Source: Antechinus flavipes (lineage: Eukaryota). From it: DNA of 64,000 nucleotides. Positions 27,492 to 42,266 of the stretch are shown here, piece by piece. The stretch lies in NCBI RefSeq assembly GCF_016432865.1, contig NC_067399.1, positions 617,396,001-617,460,000 of the forward strand. Reading direction: 5' to 3'. A model generated the notes under the pieces. That model was not told where the DNA came from, did not search any database, and saw only the letters and a program-made list of their open reading frames with translations. Position numbers and translations under genes: made by a program. The stretch's first letter is position 1. Each line of letters opens with the position of its first letter.

Positions 27492-30400
27492 AGCCATTCC
27501 CCAGCTGATGGGCATCCACTCAGCTTCCAGTTCTTTGGTACTACAAAAAGGACTGCCACAAACATTTTTGCATATGTGGATCATTTTCCTTTATGATTTC
27601 CTTATGATACAGACCCAATAATGGCACTGCTAGGTCAGAGAGTTTATGCACAGTTTTATGGCCCCTTAGGCATGGTTCCAGATTGCTCTCCAAAATAGTT
27701 GGATCATTTCACAACTCCACCAACAACGCATTAGTGTCCTAGTTTTTCCACATCCCCTCCAACATGTCATTATCTTTTCCTGACATTTTAGTTAATCTGA
27801 GAAGTGTGAAGTGGTACCTCAGAATTGTTTAAATTTGCTTTTCTCTAATCAATAGTGTTTTAGAGCATTTTTCATATGACTATATGAATTTAATGTCATC
27901 ATCTGAAAATTGTTCATATCCTTTGACCATTTATCAATTGGGGAATGACTTATATTCTTATATATTTGACATGGGATCTTTATATATTTTCGAAATGAGG
28001 CTTTTATCAAAAACACTGGCTGTACACTTTATTTCTCAAATTTCTACTTCCCTTTTAATCTTGTTGGTTTTGTTGTGCAAAACCTTTTTAATTTAATGTA
28101 ATCAAAGTTGTTCATTTTACATTCCATGATGTACTCTGGTTCTTCTTTGGTCATAAATTCCTCTTTTCTCCAAAGATCTGACAAGTAAACTATCCCTTAC
28201 TCTCTTAATTTGCTTGTGGTATGTCTCTTTATGCCTAAGTGAATTATACCTCAATTCTTTAGCTTTTTTACCCCTTACTTTCTATACTGCATGCCTGCTT
28301 CCTTTTCTTAGGTCCTTATTTTTTTCTTTTTTTTATCTTTTTTCTACCTCTGATGCTTTCTTGCTTTACTTCTTACTTTCTTTTTTCCTTCTTGCCTCCT
28401 GAACTTTTCCTCCTTCTTATCTTTGTTTTTCCTCTTCTTCTTAGGGCTTCTGGCCCTGTTTGTTCAGTCCCCGTTATGAAATTTTCTGACTCTTGATACC
28501 AAAAATCCCTGATTCTGTTCCCTAATTCAGACTTCCCACTACTGCTGTGCTCCAAAATTATGTCTTACCTATGGTTTTCCTCATGCTTTTAAAATTCAGT
28601 TCTGTGGTGTGGACTTTAATGGAACTTTCCTCAAGTTATACCACTGAGTTTATCCTCCTGTGTGGCTAGGGGAAAAAAGAAAATGTGTGGGCCTGGTCCT
28701 AAGAGGGCTTTCTCATTAGCCTCTTCCTTTGCCACAGGAAGAAGTTAGTCACTATTGTATTTTCAGTTTCTCTTCTGTTTAGTCTTCATTTTTCACAGAA
28801 GAGAGGTGATTATTGTTAAAGAGAAAAAGATTTATTGATCCTTCCTAAGTTTAGTGTGATTGAGGATTCAATGTCCATCTTGTGGTTTGGGTTACCTGAG
28901 CTGGAAGGAAATAGAGGCTTTAGCCAGTGATTCTCATTTTGGCCATCTATGCCAGAAAAAAGAGACATAAAAAGGGCTGTGAGTTTAGAGGTTTTCTTTT
29001 TTGAATCTTCTTTTTTTAGCTGTATTGGTACAAACAATCAGTTTATATAATCAGCTTGCCATTTATGTCTGATTATGCTGATATAAAGTAAGGATTCTGT
29101 ATGTAGTTGAATGATGTCTGGTTCACATTTGTAACTTTTACTTGTTATAACTTAAGTTCTGTTCATGTAATATTCAGTCTTTGTAGATTGTTGTTCACAT
29201 GGCACGACTTCTCTGTTATTTAAATTTCACACCGAACTTAAATATTTTCAGGAATATTTAGTGTTATAATTTTAGTGTATATTTACTTATGCCCAAATAA
29301 TCAAAGTTTTCTACACTCTTCCTTTTCATACTTGGTTTCACACAATTATTTTTGAACAGAGGTCAAGTAAAATATCCAGACTCATTAAAAAAGCCATTAA
29401 AGACAGGGAAAGGCTAATAAAAATTCTTAAAAATACTGTTCAAATATGCATGAAAAGGAAACTGGAGAAAGTGAAGACTTCCTGTTCCTTATGTAGCTGT
29501 GACCTGACGGAAAACTGCTTATCTTTCGGTGTGAAAAATTTGCTATTCATCCTTATGGCATAATGGCAGGAGTTGTTATTTCTCAGCAACTTGGTTAAAA
29601 CATTGAGTTTTTCGATATTTGTGACCTGAGAGAGATTTTCTGAAGCCCCATATATCTGATGGAGCAGGTAATTTGTGGACGCTTGTGTAAGCTCTGTACT
29701 GCAAGCATTGAATAATAGTGTCGTACCAAATTATAATTAATATCTGTCAGAATTTACAGCCTAGATGGGGGTGGAAAGAACGGGTTTATTAATCCACTCC
29801 AGACAATGTGTTAAATAAATTTTTATGCCTTTGCAAAAACTTCACTGAGTGATTTACTACTTTTCTATATGTGGATTTTGTAGAAGCATCTTTCTTTATC
29901 CTAGATTTTTCCCTGGGAGCATTTGTCACAGATCATTTTCTTTCCTTCATTTACTGTTGTACAGAAACCTATATTTTAGGCTTTATTTGGCACTGGAGAA
30001 AACACAGAGCAGATTTACTTGACTGTAACATTAAGCTTTTTAATATTGTCTGATAGAAAATATGTGTGCTAGAAGCCAAAAAGTCCAACTATCCTGAGAA
30101 TAAAGATGTGGAAACTGAAAATTCTCAGGCCCAATAGTTAATTCTGCCAATTCACCCAATGTTTAATAAATATTTACAGGGCATATTATACTTTCCTGTT
30201 GTTATTATATTGCCTTATAACATCAGAAAGTATCTTAGAAATAATTCTAGTTAAGGAATACCATCCACATTAACATATCCCATAGATCATTATCAGCTGT
30301 CTGCCAGATTCAGGGAGTCCCAGGGACTGGGAGTCAAATCCCAGGATGCAACCAATAGGCATTTAATCTCATTGAACCTCAGTTTTTCACCTGTAAAATG

Positions 30401-30507
30401 GGAATAATAGTTATTTTTGTGCTATCTTAACTCATGAAGCTGTTGTGAGGAAAGTAGAAGTTATTTTTGTTAATCAGAATTCTTAATAAACTAGTCATTG
30501 TACATTT

Positions 30508-31396
30508 TAATTGTATTTTATTTTTGCCCCAATTACCTGTTAAAACAATTTTTAGCATTCATTTTAAAGATTTTAAGTTCCAAATTTTTCTTTGTTTTCT
30601 CCTCCCCTTTTCCAAAAATCGTAGGCAATTTGATAAAGGTTATGCATGTGCTGTCATTAAAACATATTTCCATATTCATCACAATTGTGAAAGAAAAAAT
30701 TCATCAAAAGAATAAAGTAAAAAAAAAAATGCTTTGATTTACATTCAGAGTCCATTGGTTCTTTATCTGAATGTGGATAGTATTTTCCATAATGAGTCCT
30801 TTGTATTCATCTTAGATTATTGTGTTGGTGAGAAGAGTTGAGTTATTCATAATAGATTATTCCACAATATTGTTGATACTGTGTACACTGTTTTCCTGGT
30901 TCTGGTCATTTTATTTTGAATCATTTTGTATAAGGCTTTTTGGTTTTTCTGAATTCTATCTACCTATTCATCATTTCTTATTGTACAATAGTATTCCATT
31001 ATAATCATAAACCACAATTTGTTTAGCCATTCCCTAGTTGATGGACACCTCCTCAATTTCCAATACTTTGCCACCACTTGAAAGGTTGCTGTAAATATAT
31101 TTGTATATGTAGGTTCTTTTCCCTGTTCTATGATATCTTTGGTATATAGGCCCAATAAATAGTATTGCTGGATCAAAGAGTTTGCCCAGTTTGGTTCCCC
31201 TTTGAGTATTGTTCTCCAGAATGGTTGGATCAGTTCATAACTCCACAACTGTGTATTAGTGTTCCAATTTTTCCACATCCTCTTCACCATTTGTCGTTTT
31301 CCTTTTTTGTCATATTAGTCAATCAGATAGGTATAAGTTGGTCCCTCAGAATTGTTTTAATTTGTATTTCTCCAGTCAAAAGTGAGAGCATTTAAG
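30508..31396 (-). mobile_element. 5'-truncated older L1
   Basis: ORF 30964-31290 resembles the L1 ORF2 C-terminus (CPSTREWLNKLW..EYYC); imperfect TSD attgtRcattt at 30497 and 31397. Confidence 0.8.
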
Positions 31397-31525
31397 ATTG
31401 TGCATTTCTTAAATACCATCTGCATATCTGGCTGGGTGCATAGCTCCTGTGGAGAGGTGCAACAGTGAGCTCTCATGGGATTTCAAAGGGAAACAAGCAC
31501 CTTTCTAATAAGTAAAAGTAATTTA

Positions 31526-31760
31526 TATTGTTGTTTAGTTGTTTTTACTCTTTGTGACTCCATTTGGGGTTTTCTTAGCAAAGATACTGAAATGGTTTAG
31601 TATTTCTTTCTCCAGCTCATTTCATAGATGACGCAAGTAAGGCAGGGTTGAGTGACTTGTTGAGGGTCATATCAAGTATGTGACGCTGGATTTGAACTTA
31701 GGAAAATGAGTTTTCCTAACTTAAGGCTCAGCAATCTATCCATTGTACTACCCCACTGCC
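31526..31760 (-). mobile_element. MAR1-like SINE
   Basis: gtgactccatttggggttttcttagcaaagatact...ttctccagctcattt...gatttgaact: RTE-type tail plus CORE. Confidence 0.7.
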
Positions 31761-32093
31761 CAAGTAATTTATAGATCTATCTTATTAGCTCTTGCAGTAT
31801 ATGTAACTGGTAGAATTTATAAATCATATCCACTTGTTGTTCTTTACTTTCAGCTTAAAAAAAAAATCTAAGTATATAAGTGGTTCAAGGATTTGCTTTG
31901 CTTTTCATGAAGGCAGTCAATGACAAAAGCTGAAGTACAATTAAAGCTTCTCACTGTTTACTTTGAACTACATTTTTTTACTTTCCTCAGAAAAAGAATA
32001 GGCTAAAAAAAATCCACATGCATGGCTTTTCTTAAAGCATCTTAACAAAAATACATCTGCTCACATGTTGATATATTTCTTGTTTTCCTATAG

Positions 32094-32204
<111 letters not shown>

Positions 32205-34256
32205 TGAAGAAAAAAGAAAAAAATGATAGTTTTGTGTATGTTTTGATTGGGCCAGAAGTTAATTCATTCCCATAATACTCCTTTTTTTCTTTTTATTATG
32301 AATTTAGACATTATCAATAAGTACTTCAGTATACAAAGAACAAAAAAAAGTTTTGTATGAAACTGAACTTGTGTTCTGTAGGTTTGTTTTTTTTTTTTAA
32401 TAATTTATAGTAATTTTAATATATTAGTAACAAAATTTCCCTTTTATGTCGTGTTTGAATTTTTGTTTCTCTTCTGAGTATTTTTAATGCTTATTACTGG
32501 TGCTCTTTCCCCCTGTTTTGTGTCTTCTTTATTCACATTAATTCATCACATTCTAGAAGCCTTTTCTTGTAACAAATACATATAATCTGGCACAGCAAGT
32601 CAATACATTGACTATGCATAAAAGTGTATTTCATTCTGTATCTCTAATCTGTCATCTTGTCAAGAATTGTGTGTGGTATGTTTATATTCAGCCTTTTTAT
32701 TTTAAAGTTGATTGGTCACTACTTTGATTAGAATCATACAGTCTCTTTTAAAGAAGAATGAATTATTAAGGGGGTCATGATATAGATGAGTCAATTGAAT
32801 AAGAAAAAGTGACTTGCTCAAAATAGTACAGTAAGTCAGACTTTGTATTAGAATTTAATATTTGTACTCTTCCTCTGGTCTTCATTAAGATGAAAAACAC
32901 CTTATTAAAACTTTTCAAATGACTGAGAAAAGAAAAGTAAGTTGTTGAGAGGAGCATAGCATATGTACATGTGTAAATATTGAACTTTTAAGGCCAGGCT
33001 CTTTCTAACATAATCTTTTTAAAAATATAAAATGGGGATATAGTCCTTTGTGCAAAAATAAATCTTTTTATTATATACTCCCCAGAGTACCCAGTTTTTT
33101 GTCATACAGATAACATCTCATTAACCTGATTAGTCAGTCAACCATCAACAAACCAGAATGGTTCTTGAAGCAAAGCTAAGTCCTTGGCTTTCACTCTTTC
33201 CCACCCCCGCCTCCCCATCCCCACCCTTTCCCCAACCAGCCACACCTTAGAATAGTTACACATCATCATTCACATTATTCTAGGTGAGAAGACTCAGAAT
33301 CTGTATTTCTGATTCTTTTGGCCATATTAAAAATAATCCAAATTTCTCTCAGTAGTCTCCTCACAACGTTGATCAAAGCCATTATTGCTTAGACCAGGGT
33401 TTTTTAAACTTGTTCTATTCATAATCCCTTTTTGCCTAAGAAATTTTTACATGGTGCTAGGTACACAGGAATATAAAATAGCTATACATAGATATACAAA
33501 TCATACATGTACTAATAATCATAATTTCACATTCCACATATTCAGTTAAAAGATTCCATATGGGGTCATAACGCACGTTTCAGTGAGCTGGGGCTTAGAA
33601 GACTCCGCCATTCCCTTGGTACACTAAACTTTCTCTTCAGGTATTTCCTGAAGAGAAAACATTTCCATTTTCTTCTGCTCTCCTGAGAATGCAAGAGATG
33701 GCTCTAAGCATCTGATTTGCATCAAATGAAAGCAACATTACATTTGTTCTGATCCCTCAGACTGCAGAAGTTGGAGCATATATGGAAGTTGCACATTTAG
33801 ATTTGATGTCTGAGCTAAATCTTACCAGGTATAATGTAGAATGATTTTTTTATTCAGGTATGAGATGGACCAGCTCGATTTTAAGGCCAGGCTCTTTCTA
33901 AGTGTTAGGTTCTAAGATTCTGTAACAATGTGTTTGATTATTATAGGGAGAAAAGACTCTGGTCTCTTTTAAAAGTTATCTTTCATAGTTAAGCACCAGT
34001 GAAAGTATTTTTTTTAACTAGACTATCTGTTAGGAAAAATCATTACAATATGGACTGTCTGCCAGGAAATAGGATTAGTGTCATTATTTAATCATTTGTT
34101 ATATTGATTGTAGTGAGATTTACCTATATCTAGTTTGTCTACAAACTGGTTGAATGATCTGTGTATCCTGTAATCATTTTCATCCTTAACTTGATCTATC
34201 ATCTCCAGATCCTGTGATCCTTGCAAGTATAATTGTATTTTGTATTAACTGATAGT

Positions 34257-34392
34257 TTTTAAAGTTCAGCAATATTTTAAAAATCTAGTAATTTTGCTTA
34301 TCTCAAAAATGTAATTCCTGATTTTTTAAAGTTCAGCAATACTTTAAAAATCTAGTAATTTTGCTTATCTCAAAAATGTAATTCCTGATTTT
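34257..34392 (+). repeat. Tandem duplication, 2 x 67 bp, one mismatch
   Basis: aaagttcagcaata(t/c)tttaaaaatctagtaattttgcttatctcaaaaatgtaattcctgatt starts at 34261 and 34328. Confidence 0.95.
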
Positions 34393-34539
34393 CAGTCTAT
34401 CTCGTTCATTCTTTATTCTGAGTTTGTTTTAGGAAACCTATTTTCTACTCTAAGCTTATTGATTTTATGACAGCCACCTTTTTTCTGTTTTTCACAAAGT
34501 AAAATGGATGACCAAGTTTATGTCATCAATCCCCAAATA

Positions 34540-35380
34540 TAGTTCTGCCATAGGCCTGGCCCTATTTGATTGTCAGCTCAAGATGTTTTATACATTGGCA
34601 TAAGATTTCATTCTTAACTGCATTTCTCCAGTGTATAACCCTCAAAAGAATGAGATAATATCTCAATTCAAAACTAAATTTTTTTTCCATAATCACCTTT
34701 TAAGTTATATTGGAACTTTTTGACGCATTCATTTCCTTAATCTTTTATATGTAGTCACTTATCAGTTGCTAATTGCCTTCCTAAAATCCCTTATGCCCGT
34801 CCATTCCTCTTCTATTTTTCTATAAACATTCTAATCAAGGTTTATCATCTTAGTTAAAATAAGTCTTAGCTATTTTTGTGCCTCTAAGCTTTCTTTTGTA
34901 ATACTGTCAGACTGATTTTCCTTAAATGCTGTTGTCATCATGTTGTTCTTCTAACCAAAAAAAAAAAAAAAACTTTTTATGAACGCTTCTTTGCAAACAA
35001 AAGTGCTACCCTCTGTCTGTCTATCCAGTTTACATATTATTTTGAATTCTTATATTTAATGTCTTTTGCCTTATTCTTTAGCCTTCACCCTCATGTCAGC
35101 CAACTTTTTCTTTCCCTCTACAACTATCTAGCACACTGCTTCTGCTCTTGTATGTGCCTCTCATCATTCCCTGAGTGTTGCATGCTCATTCTTGACTGAC
35201 TGTGTTCCCCTTGCCTGGAATGCCCTTATCTATTTCCTGCACCTATCTAAATTCTATCTGTCCTCCAAGGTACATCTGAGGTTTCTGCCTCTTTCATGAA
35301 ATTTAGCTTGACTTCCAACCTTTGCTGGTCTTCCCTATCTATAAATTCTTAATGGATTTATAGTCTATAGCACACAATTC
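34540..35380 (+). mobile_element. Degraded L2 3' region
   Basis: Pyrimidine-rich L2-like sequence (ccccttgcctggaatgccctt..., cctccaaggtacatctgagg). Confidence 0.5.
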
Positions 35381-38300
35381 AAAATATTAATAATTTTCCA
35401 CATTACCTACAGAGTCATCAATATTATTGATTATGGCATATTTTGCTTTTGCAATTTCTCTCTTTCCTGCTGTTAGTCACATCCCACAGAGAAAAGACAA
35501 CCTTGTCCTAGTCTGGGTGTTGTCCTGGACTCTTGAAGCTTATAATTATGGAATACAAGTGTTTGGCATCAGGGGATTTCCCAGGATTGAGCTATTTTAT
35601 TTAGTACTGCTTGATGGTAGTTTGGCATTTCGCATGTTAATATACCTCAAAAAAGATATACATCTTTTTGTGAAAGGCTTGTATTTATAGTAATGAATAT
35701 TTATTTTACCTGTGCTGTTAGTGAAATTAAGTTTTAAGGTATGTTATTAGAGTCTTTAAAAAAAAAAAGTTTACTTCTAGATTGGAAGGGCACAAAGAAG
35801 GTAAGAAATTTGTTAAAATATCTTTTTTTTTTTTAATGGAAGGCAACAAAAAAATTTTTTTTAACAAATACATTTTTTAAAAGAAGCACAAAACAACCAA
35901 AAGTAGCATCTCTAATTTCAGTCATTCTTCTTAAATGTGTCAAGACATAAGATAATTTGATTATTAAGGAAGTGGCATGTTGTTCTTGCAGACTTGATCA
36001 CATACAGTTTTATCTGTGAATTACTGAAGAAGAGAATATATAACCTGGATTTGATTCAGTCATATTGAGTAGCTTCTCAATATAGAAAATGGTAGACTCA
36101 AAAATTACAGAAAAAAAATTTTTTTTGTAAGCACATACAATGTAAGTAACCATGGAGAGAGACAATAAAAATGATTTTAATTCAAAAATACTTTCAACTA
36201 TTTGTTGGAAAACCACAAATGCATGCCAAAACTTGAATTCATTAAAAAAAATTTGTCTTATTCCCCTGCCTTATATATGATCCCATTTCCCTAGCTCTAA
36301 ATGCAAATTACTATGTTGTAACCATTACATGACAAGTAAAACCTGAAAGAAAATGAGGAGGGTGTATTCTATAGCTTGATCCTGTGCTCTGGTTTTTCCT
36401 TGAGAGTTACATGCTTTAACTGTCTTTTTCATGAAAGCTACCTATGACGGTGCTAATTCCATGAATAGCACTGCCACAACATAGTTATCTCACTAAAAGG
36501 TTTTTATGTAATCTGGAAATTATGTCTTAACCTATTTTATTATAGACCTTTAGAACTGCAAGGAAAAGCTCACAGCTAGAAATTATTGAGGATAATTGAT
36601 TTTTTAAAAAAAGAATTCTGAAATAAATGATGAAAATTTCTAATTGTAGGCTTTTGAACTGGAAAAGACCTTGGAGACCATCTAGTCCAAGTATCTCAGT
36701 GTGTATAGATGAGAAACTGAGACTTTGAGTGACAGTCACAAACGAGTCATAAGTGACAGAGACCAGATTAAAATTTGGAGCCCTGATTCTAAGTACAGCC
36801 TCTTTCCACTCTAGAGGATACATGTTTGTGTAACCCTTCCAAGTATTGTCATATCTTTTGTCTATTTTATTCAAACGGAAAATATTTTAAGTATTTTTGG
36901 TCTATCATACAAAGCTGGGGGAGAATAACTGTAGTCGCAAGACTATTCACGATTACCTTAATCTAATTGATGAAAGCATATGTATATGCATGAAATAATA
37001 AACAGATATTCTTTAGGATATTTGTGAATTTGTTTTATATATAGTAATGATGATTAGAGATCCTCTAATTATGTAGATTCTAATTATATAGAATAGGCCA
37101 AAACTGAGATGATATCCTAAGTAAAGCTTTGTAGAAGAGACATGATTTGAGCTGGGCATTGAAAATAGACAGAAAGGAACAGGAATTGTTTAGATGGTAT
37201 TTGGAGTGGGGGAGGGAAGGACTCTATAAGCCAAAGCATGGTCGTGGGAAATAAGCATCACATCTTAATGGGACAGTGATATTTGTCTGACCAGGGAAGT
37301 TGAGTTTAATTTTAAACTCAACTTTAGTTTATAGTAATTATGGGATACCCATGTTGCAATATCTTCTAGACAGTTGGAATTATATAACCTAATTTTTAGA
37401 TGGGATCTGAGGGTCTAGATTTGAGGATCACCATCATAGAGATGGTATTTTTAATTGAAGTTGTAAGAGAAAATAATTTGTAGGGAAGTGAATGTACAAA
37501 GACAAGAATCCTGAAAAATTAAGGATTGATTGAGCCTTGAAAGATACCTGAAAATAATTGATAGAATAAAAATGCAATTAAAAAAAAAAAGGTAGGAAAT
37601 TAAAGATAGCATAGGATCATGTAACAGAGAAATTATTTTTATATATACATGTCTGTTATATATAAAAGATACAAATATATGTTTGTGTGTTTATCTGTCT
37701 CTCTGCTTGTCTGTCTGATCCATCCATCCATTTATATTCGTCTACCTAGTTGTCTGTCTATAGATCTAGCCTCCAAATATTTTATTCACATCACTTCTGG
37801 AGGGGTCACAGAAGATGAGATCTGAAAAAACGCTAAATGAGACGACTGTCTTAACTTTCAAAACTTAGACTACAACCCTTGTAGCATGCATGTGTATCAT
37901 TTAAGTAATCATACATTATAAGATTACTCTAGTGTATAGTAGAGTTCACTTCCTGTATCAATGACTGCATATGATATTCCTGAAGAACAGTCTTGTTTTG
38001 GTCTTCCTGAATTGTTTCATTCTTCGAGTGCATTCATTACAAAAAAGAGACCAAGTTTTTTTTTTTTTTTTTAATTAGTTTTTTAATTAGTCATGTATGC
38101 TTGTTTTGTATTTTGTTTTTTTTTTTTTTACAGCCTAAAATTTCTGCCAAGAAGAAAATTAAAACCCAATTCCCTGCAGTTCGAATTAAATAATTCCTTT
38201 GGCATTTAGACATGCTTGAAGTCAGAATCTGGTGCTTTTATACGATTTCTTGGACTCGGGCCACACACCAGACCTTGTTATATTGTGGATCTATTCTCTT

Positions 38301-41228
38301 TGTCAAAAAGAGAGGCAAAATTTAAATGTTCTTTAGAGCTGTAGAAATTTTTAGGTTTTTTTAAGTATTGAAAATCTGAGGGACAATATTATAGTTTAAA
38401 GTGTCCTTTTAACCATCATTATTATTAAACTATTTCTGAAAATCTTATATAATTTTTATATATTTACTATTTTTATACATTCAGGGGAGGAAAATAGTTT
38501 TAAAGTTTGAAAATGACTGATGTGAGAATTTGAATATTTGGAGTGTACCTATGTCAGCGTATTTATTAACATTATGTGTCCATGTTTTGTGTGTGAGTGT
38601 GTGTGATTATTCTTATCATTTATTCAATTATTCTTGTCATTTTCCTCTAAAATTCATTTAGCTCTTAGCATCCCATCAGCTCATTTCCCATTGACTGTTT
38701 GTAAAGATCCCCAGTGTGGAGCTATCCTGGAGTCTATTCTATGCTGAGGCCTGTGGTTCTAACATTAAGTCCTGGCTCTGGCACTTCAGTCACACAGTTT
38801 CTTTGAGCCTCACTTTGTTTGTCTGTAAAAGATCTTAATCTGTGCCTCCTTCTATTCCTCTATAAAGCGAGGAGGGCATTGGACTGACTTTAGCTGACGT
38901 TCACATAGCCCCATCTTCTGTCTGTCTCCTTTGGTCCTTACAGCTCCAGGACTTGTGGGCCAGCTTTGTGTGAGAGGGCCTGCCCCTCTTCCTGACCAGA
39001 GAATGTCTGAGCTGTTGAGTTGATGACTCCCTGGAACTCAGAAGGGTCTAGGCAGTGGGAAAGCTCTTGGCATTGAGGGCTGAGAGATCTGGGCTCAGTT
39101 CTGGTCAGATCACTCATGACCTGGGTGGCCTTGGGAAGTCATTTCTCTTCTTTCTGACTCCGTTTCCAAATATGTTTGGAAGGGAAGGGGGAAGGGGAGG
39201 GGAGATGATTGAAAAATCTCTTTCAGCTCTAAATCTATGATCCCATAAAATTGAAAATTCAAAATTTTCTCTGGCTTGGAGAGCTGGATCTGTAAAGGTC
39301 TTTTGTTTATTAATAACATATTTAGTCAGATTTTCATATTCCCACTAAAATGTAATAAATAATATGTCATATTTGTAGACGTTAGAGATTCATTAGCTTC
39401 AGTTTTGATATGCAAATTAGCTTACTTTGGCACCTTTAAAAATGAGTTTACTGAAGCTTTAATAGATAAGTTGGTTAAGTAGTTTTAATTAAAATATCAT
39501 CTCTCTTGAGATAAATTACTCCAACACTTATGAGATTAATGAATTCCAGTTGTGGCACCCAGCAAGTTGCAGTTCCTTGGGAAATGTTAATTGATGAAAC
39601 TTACCATATCCTTTGATAGTCTTTAGAATTGTAATCATAATAAAATGTCAAAGATTCCTTTCTTGACCTGATGTATATTGAATTATATATATTTTTTAAA
39701 AACTTAAATACAAAATAGGAAAAGAAAAAATTACCATATGTGCAACAGAACATGAGAGTATTTAGAATATAAAACATTAATTTTCCATTTCCCAGTTATA
39801 TATTATAAATACTACATGTGTTCAGAGCTATCTTTCTTGTAGTTGAATTATGTTGTTTCTAAGTTTGTTATTAAAAGATATTTTAACTATTACATATTTA
39901 TCATCGTTGTAATCCAACTTTCTTTTCCCTTTCTTGAGGACAAAGACATGTTCATCTTGACAATGCGTAATATAAACATGTTGAATGTTTTAAATTTTTT
40001 CAAGAATGAGTGATTTTATTGGAGTAGATGCTTCCTGTATTGACACAATCAATTGTAACTGATGGTCTTAGTGAATTGCTGTAGCTGAAAAAACTTACCC
40101 CTTCTGGTCATTCTGCTGACAATGAAACTTCTTTGAAATTATCTAAGTAATTTCTTGTCTGACCAAGACTCAACAGTCTTTCAGCAGCCAGGACTATGTT
40201 CTTATGACACTCTTTAGGAACCTAGAGTCACCTCCATGTTACAATAAAAAGTACTAAAAGAGGACTTTAGTGGAGGTTTTTAATTAGGCTTTTGAGTTAA
40301 ATTTGAGTTTAACTTTGTAAAGGATCTTGGGTCTAGAAAACTTACCATGATACAGAGTAAAGTAATTGAGACCAAGAAAATCACATTAAATGAAAAGAAC
40401 AGTAAAGAAATTTGAAATCTGAGTAATGGAAAAACTAGTGAAGGTCCTAGAGAAAAGATAATGAAATATGTTTCCTCCTTCACAGCAGAAAAGTAGAAGA
40501 CTACATGGGGGGGGGGGAGAGTCTAGATGTTGTCACACGTGGTCCTTTGTTGAATATTTTTTGATTAATTGATTTCTTTGGCACAAGAGGTAGTTTAATT
40601 TTGGGAGATAATGGAAAATGCTTGTAATAAAAACAAGTCATCAGTAAATGTTTTTTTTTTTTTTTAATTTTTAAAAAGGGAATAAATCACAAGTTTAGTG
40701 ATTTACTTCTCTAATGAGCACATCAGTACCTCTTCACTAAAACCCAGTTTTTTGTCAATGAAAGGCCAGTGACTAAGTTTAAAGTAAAATAATAACTATC
40801 TGAGAATAATTTAGTTTAGAAAATAGGACAGCCTTTTAGATGTGTAACTTAAGTGCTGTTGTTTGTCCTTAGTTCTTGAAGAGGACCATCTTTTATTTGT
40901 TGCTTTTTACTGTGAAATACTCATAATAAGGAATGACAGCAGATATGTCCATAGCATTGAATGTTTACAAGATCATTTATATATATTATCTTGATTTTCC
41001 TAACATTCCTAGGAAGTAGGTACATTTTTATAGTGAAGCAACTCTCACCATTTTAAAGATAAGAAAACTGAGGCTCAGTTTAAATCTCAGGTGATTTGCA
41101 CAGCAAGGCTTTAATCTAATCTACTGTGGTAGTAGCTGTAACATAACCGGTTTTTAAAAGTTAGAGGTATCTTGTTATATATTGTTATAATGTGGAGTTG
41201 TGATTGGTATGATTTTTTCTTTGCTTAA

Positions 41229-41405
<177 letters not shown>

Positions 41406-42038
41406 TAAAACCCCGGGATAGTGTCACGAGTAGGAAGGAAAAGAATTTACTTGAGAAAGGGAGACAGAGTAGATGAGAAATTTCTGGTCTGAGGGTTTCG
41501 TTTGCAGTATTTTAGTGGGCCAGTGTGACTTTTTGTCTATGTCCTTGATATAATGAATAAACATAATACAGCTAATTCTGTTAAAAATCCTTGAATTTGA
41601 TGGGACTGTTCATTCCCCCTTTCACAAGAAAAATGCAGATTAGCCAGGTATAGATAGGTGGCTATCAACTGAGTATCATGCTCATTGTTTATGGGCAGTT
41701 GGGTGTTGTTCTCCCCTCCACCCCCCAATTTAACCCAGAAAGTTTTCCAACATTATTCAGAAGCTGAATGATTAGGTAATGGTCAGTCATTCAATCATTA
41801 AGCACTTATTAAGTGCCTACTATGTGCCAGGCAGTCTGGGTTACTCCTTTTATCATCCAGCTATCAAGGAGAAGGCTCTGGATGCATGCTTATGAATCTG
41901 TACACTTAAAGACAAATGAGTTTTTGAAACATTTTATGTAAGATTGTTCTTCAGGCATGCATATGAAAAAGACTTCTTGGAACCAAATTATAGGATATGA
42001 TCTTCACAAAACTGGAATGGGGGGAGGGAATTTTGTAA

Positions 42039-42266
<228 letters not shown>

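Larger units (their letters stand above)
25265..28245 (-). mobile_element. L1 ORF2 3' region/3' UTR hosting the provirus (L1 parts about 25265-25611 and 27498-28245)
   Basis: Homologous to the other minus-strand L1s (agccattcc..gatgggcatcc, atcatctgaaaattg..catatcctttgacc). Confidence 0.8.

Noticed and set aside
28373-28555. Basic 60-aa ORF resembling a nuclear protein fragment
   Set aside because: Arises from a purine-rich low-complexity strand; no exon boundaries or homology
33395-33592. Possible hAT-Charlie MITE (cagggttttttaaact...gagctg)
   Set aside because: Right TIR too degenerate and the candidate 8-bp TSD is out of register; not supportable without a repeat library
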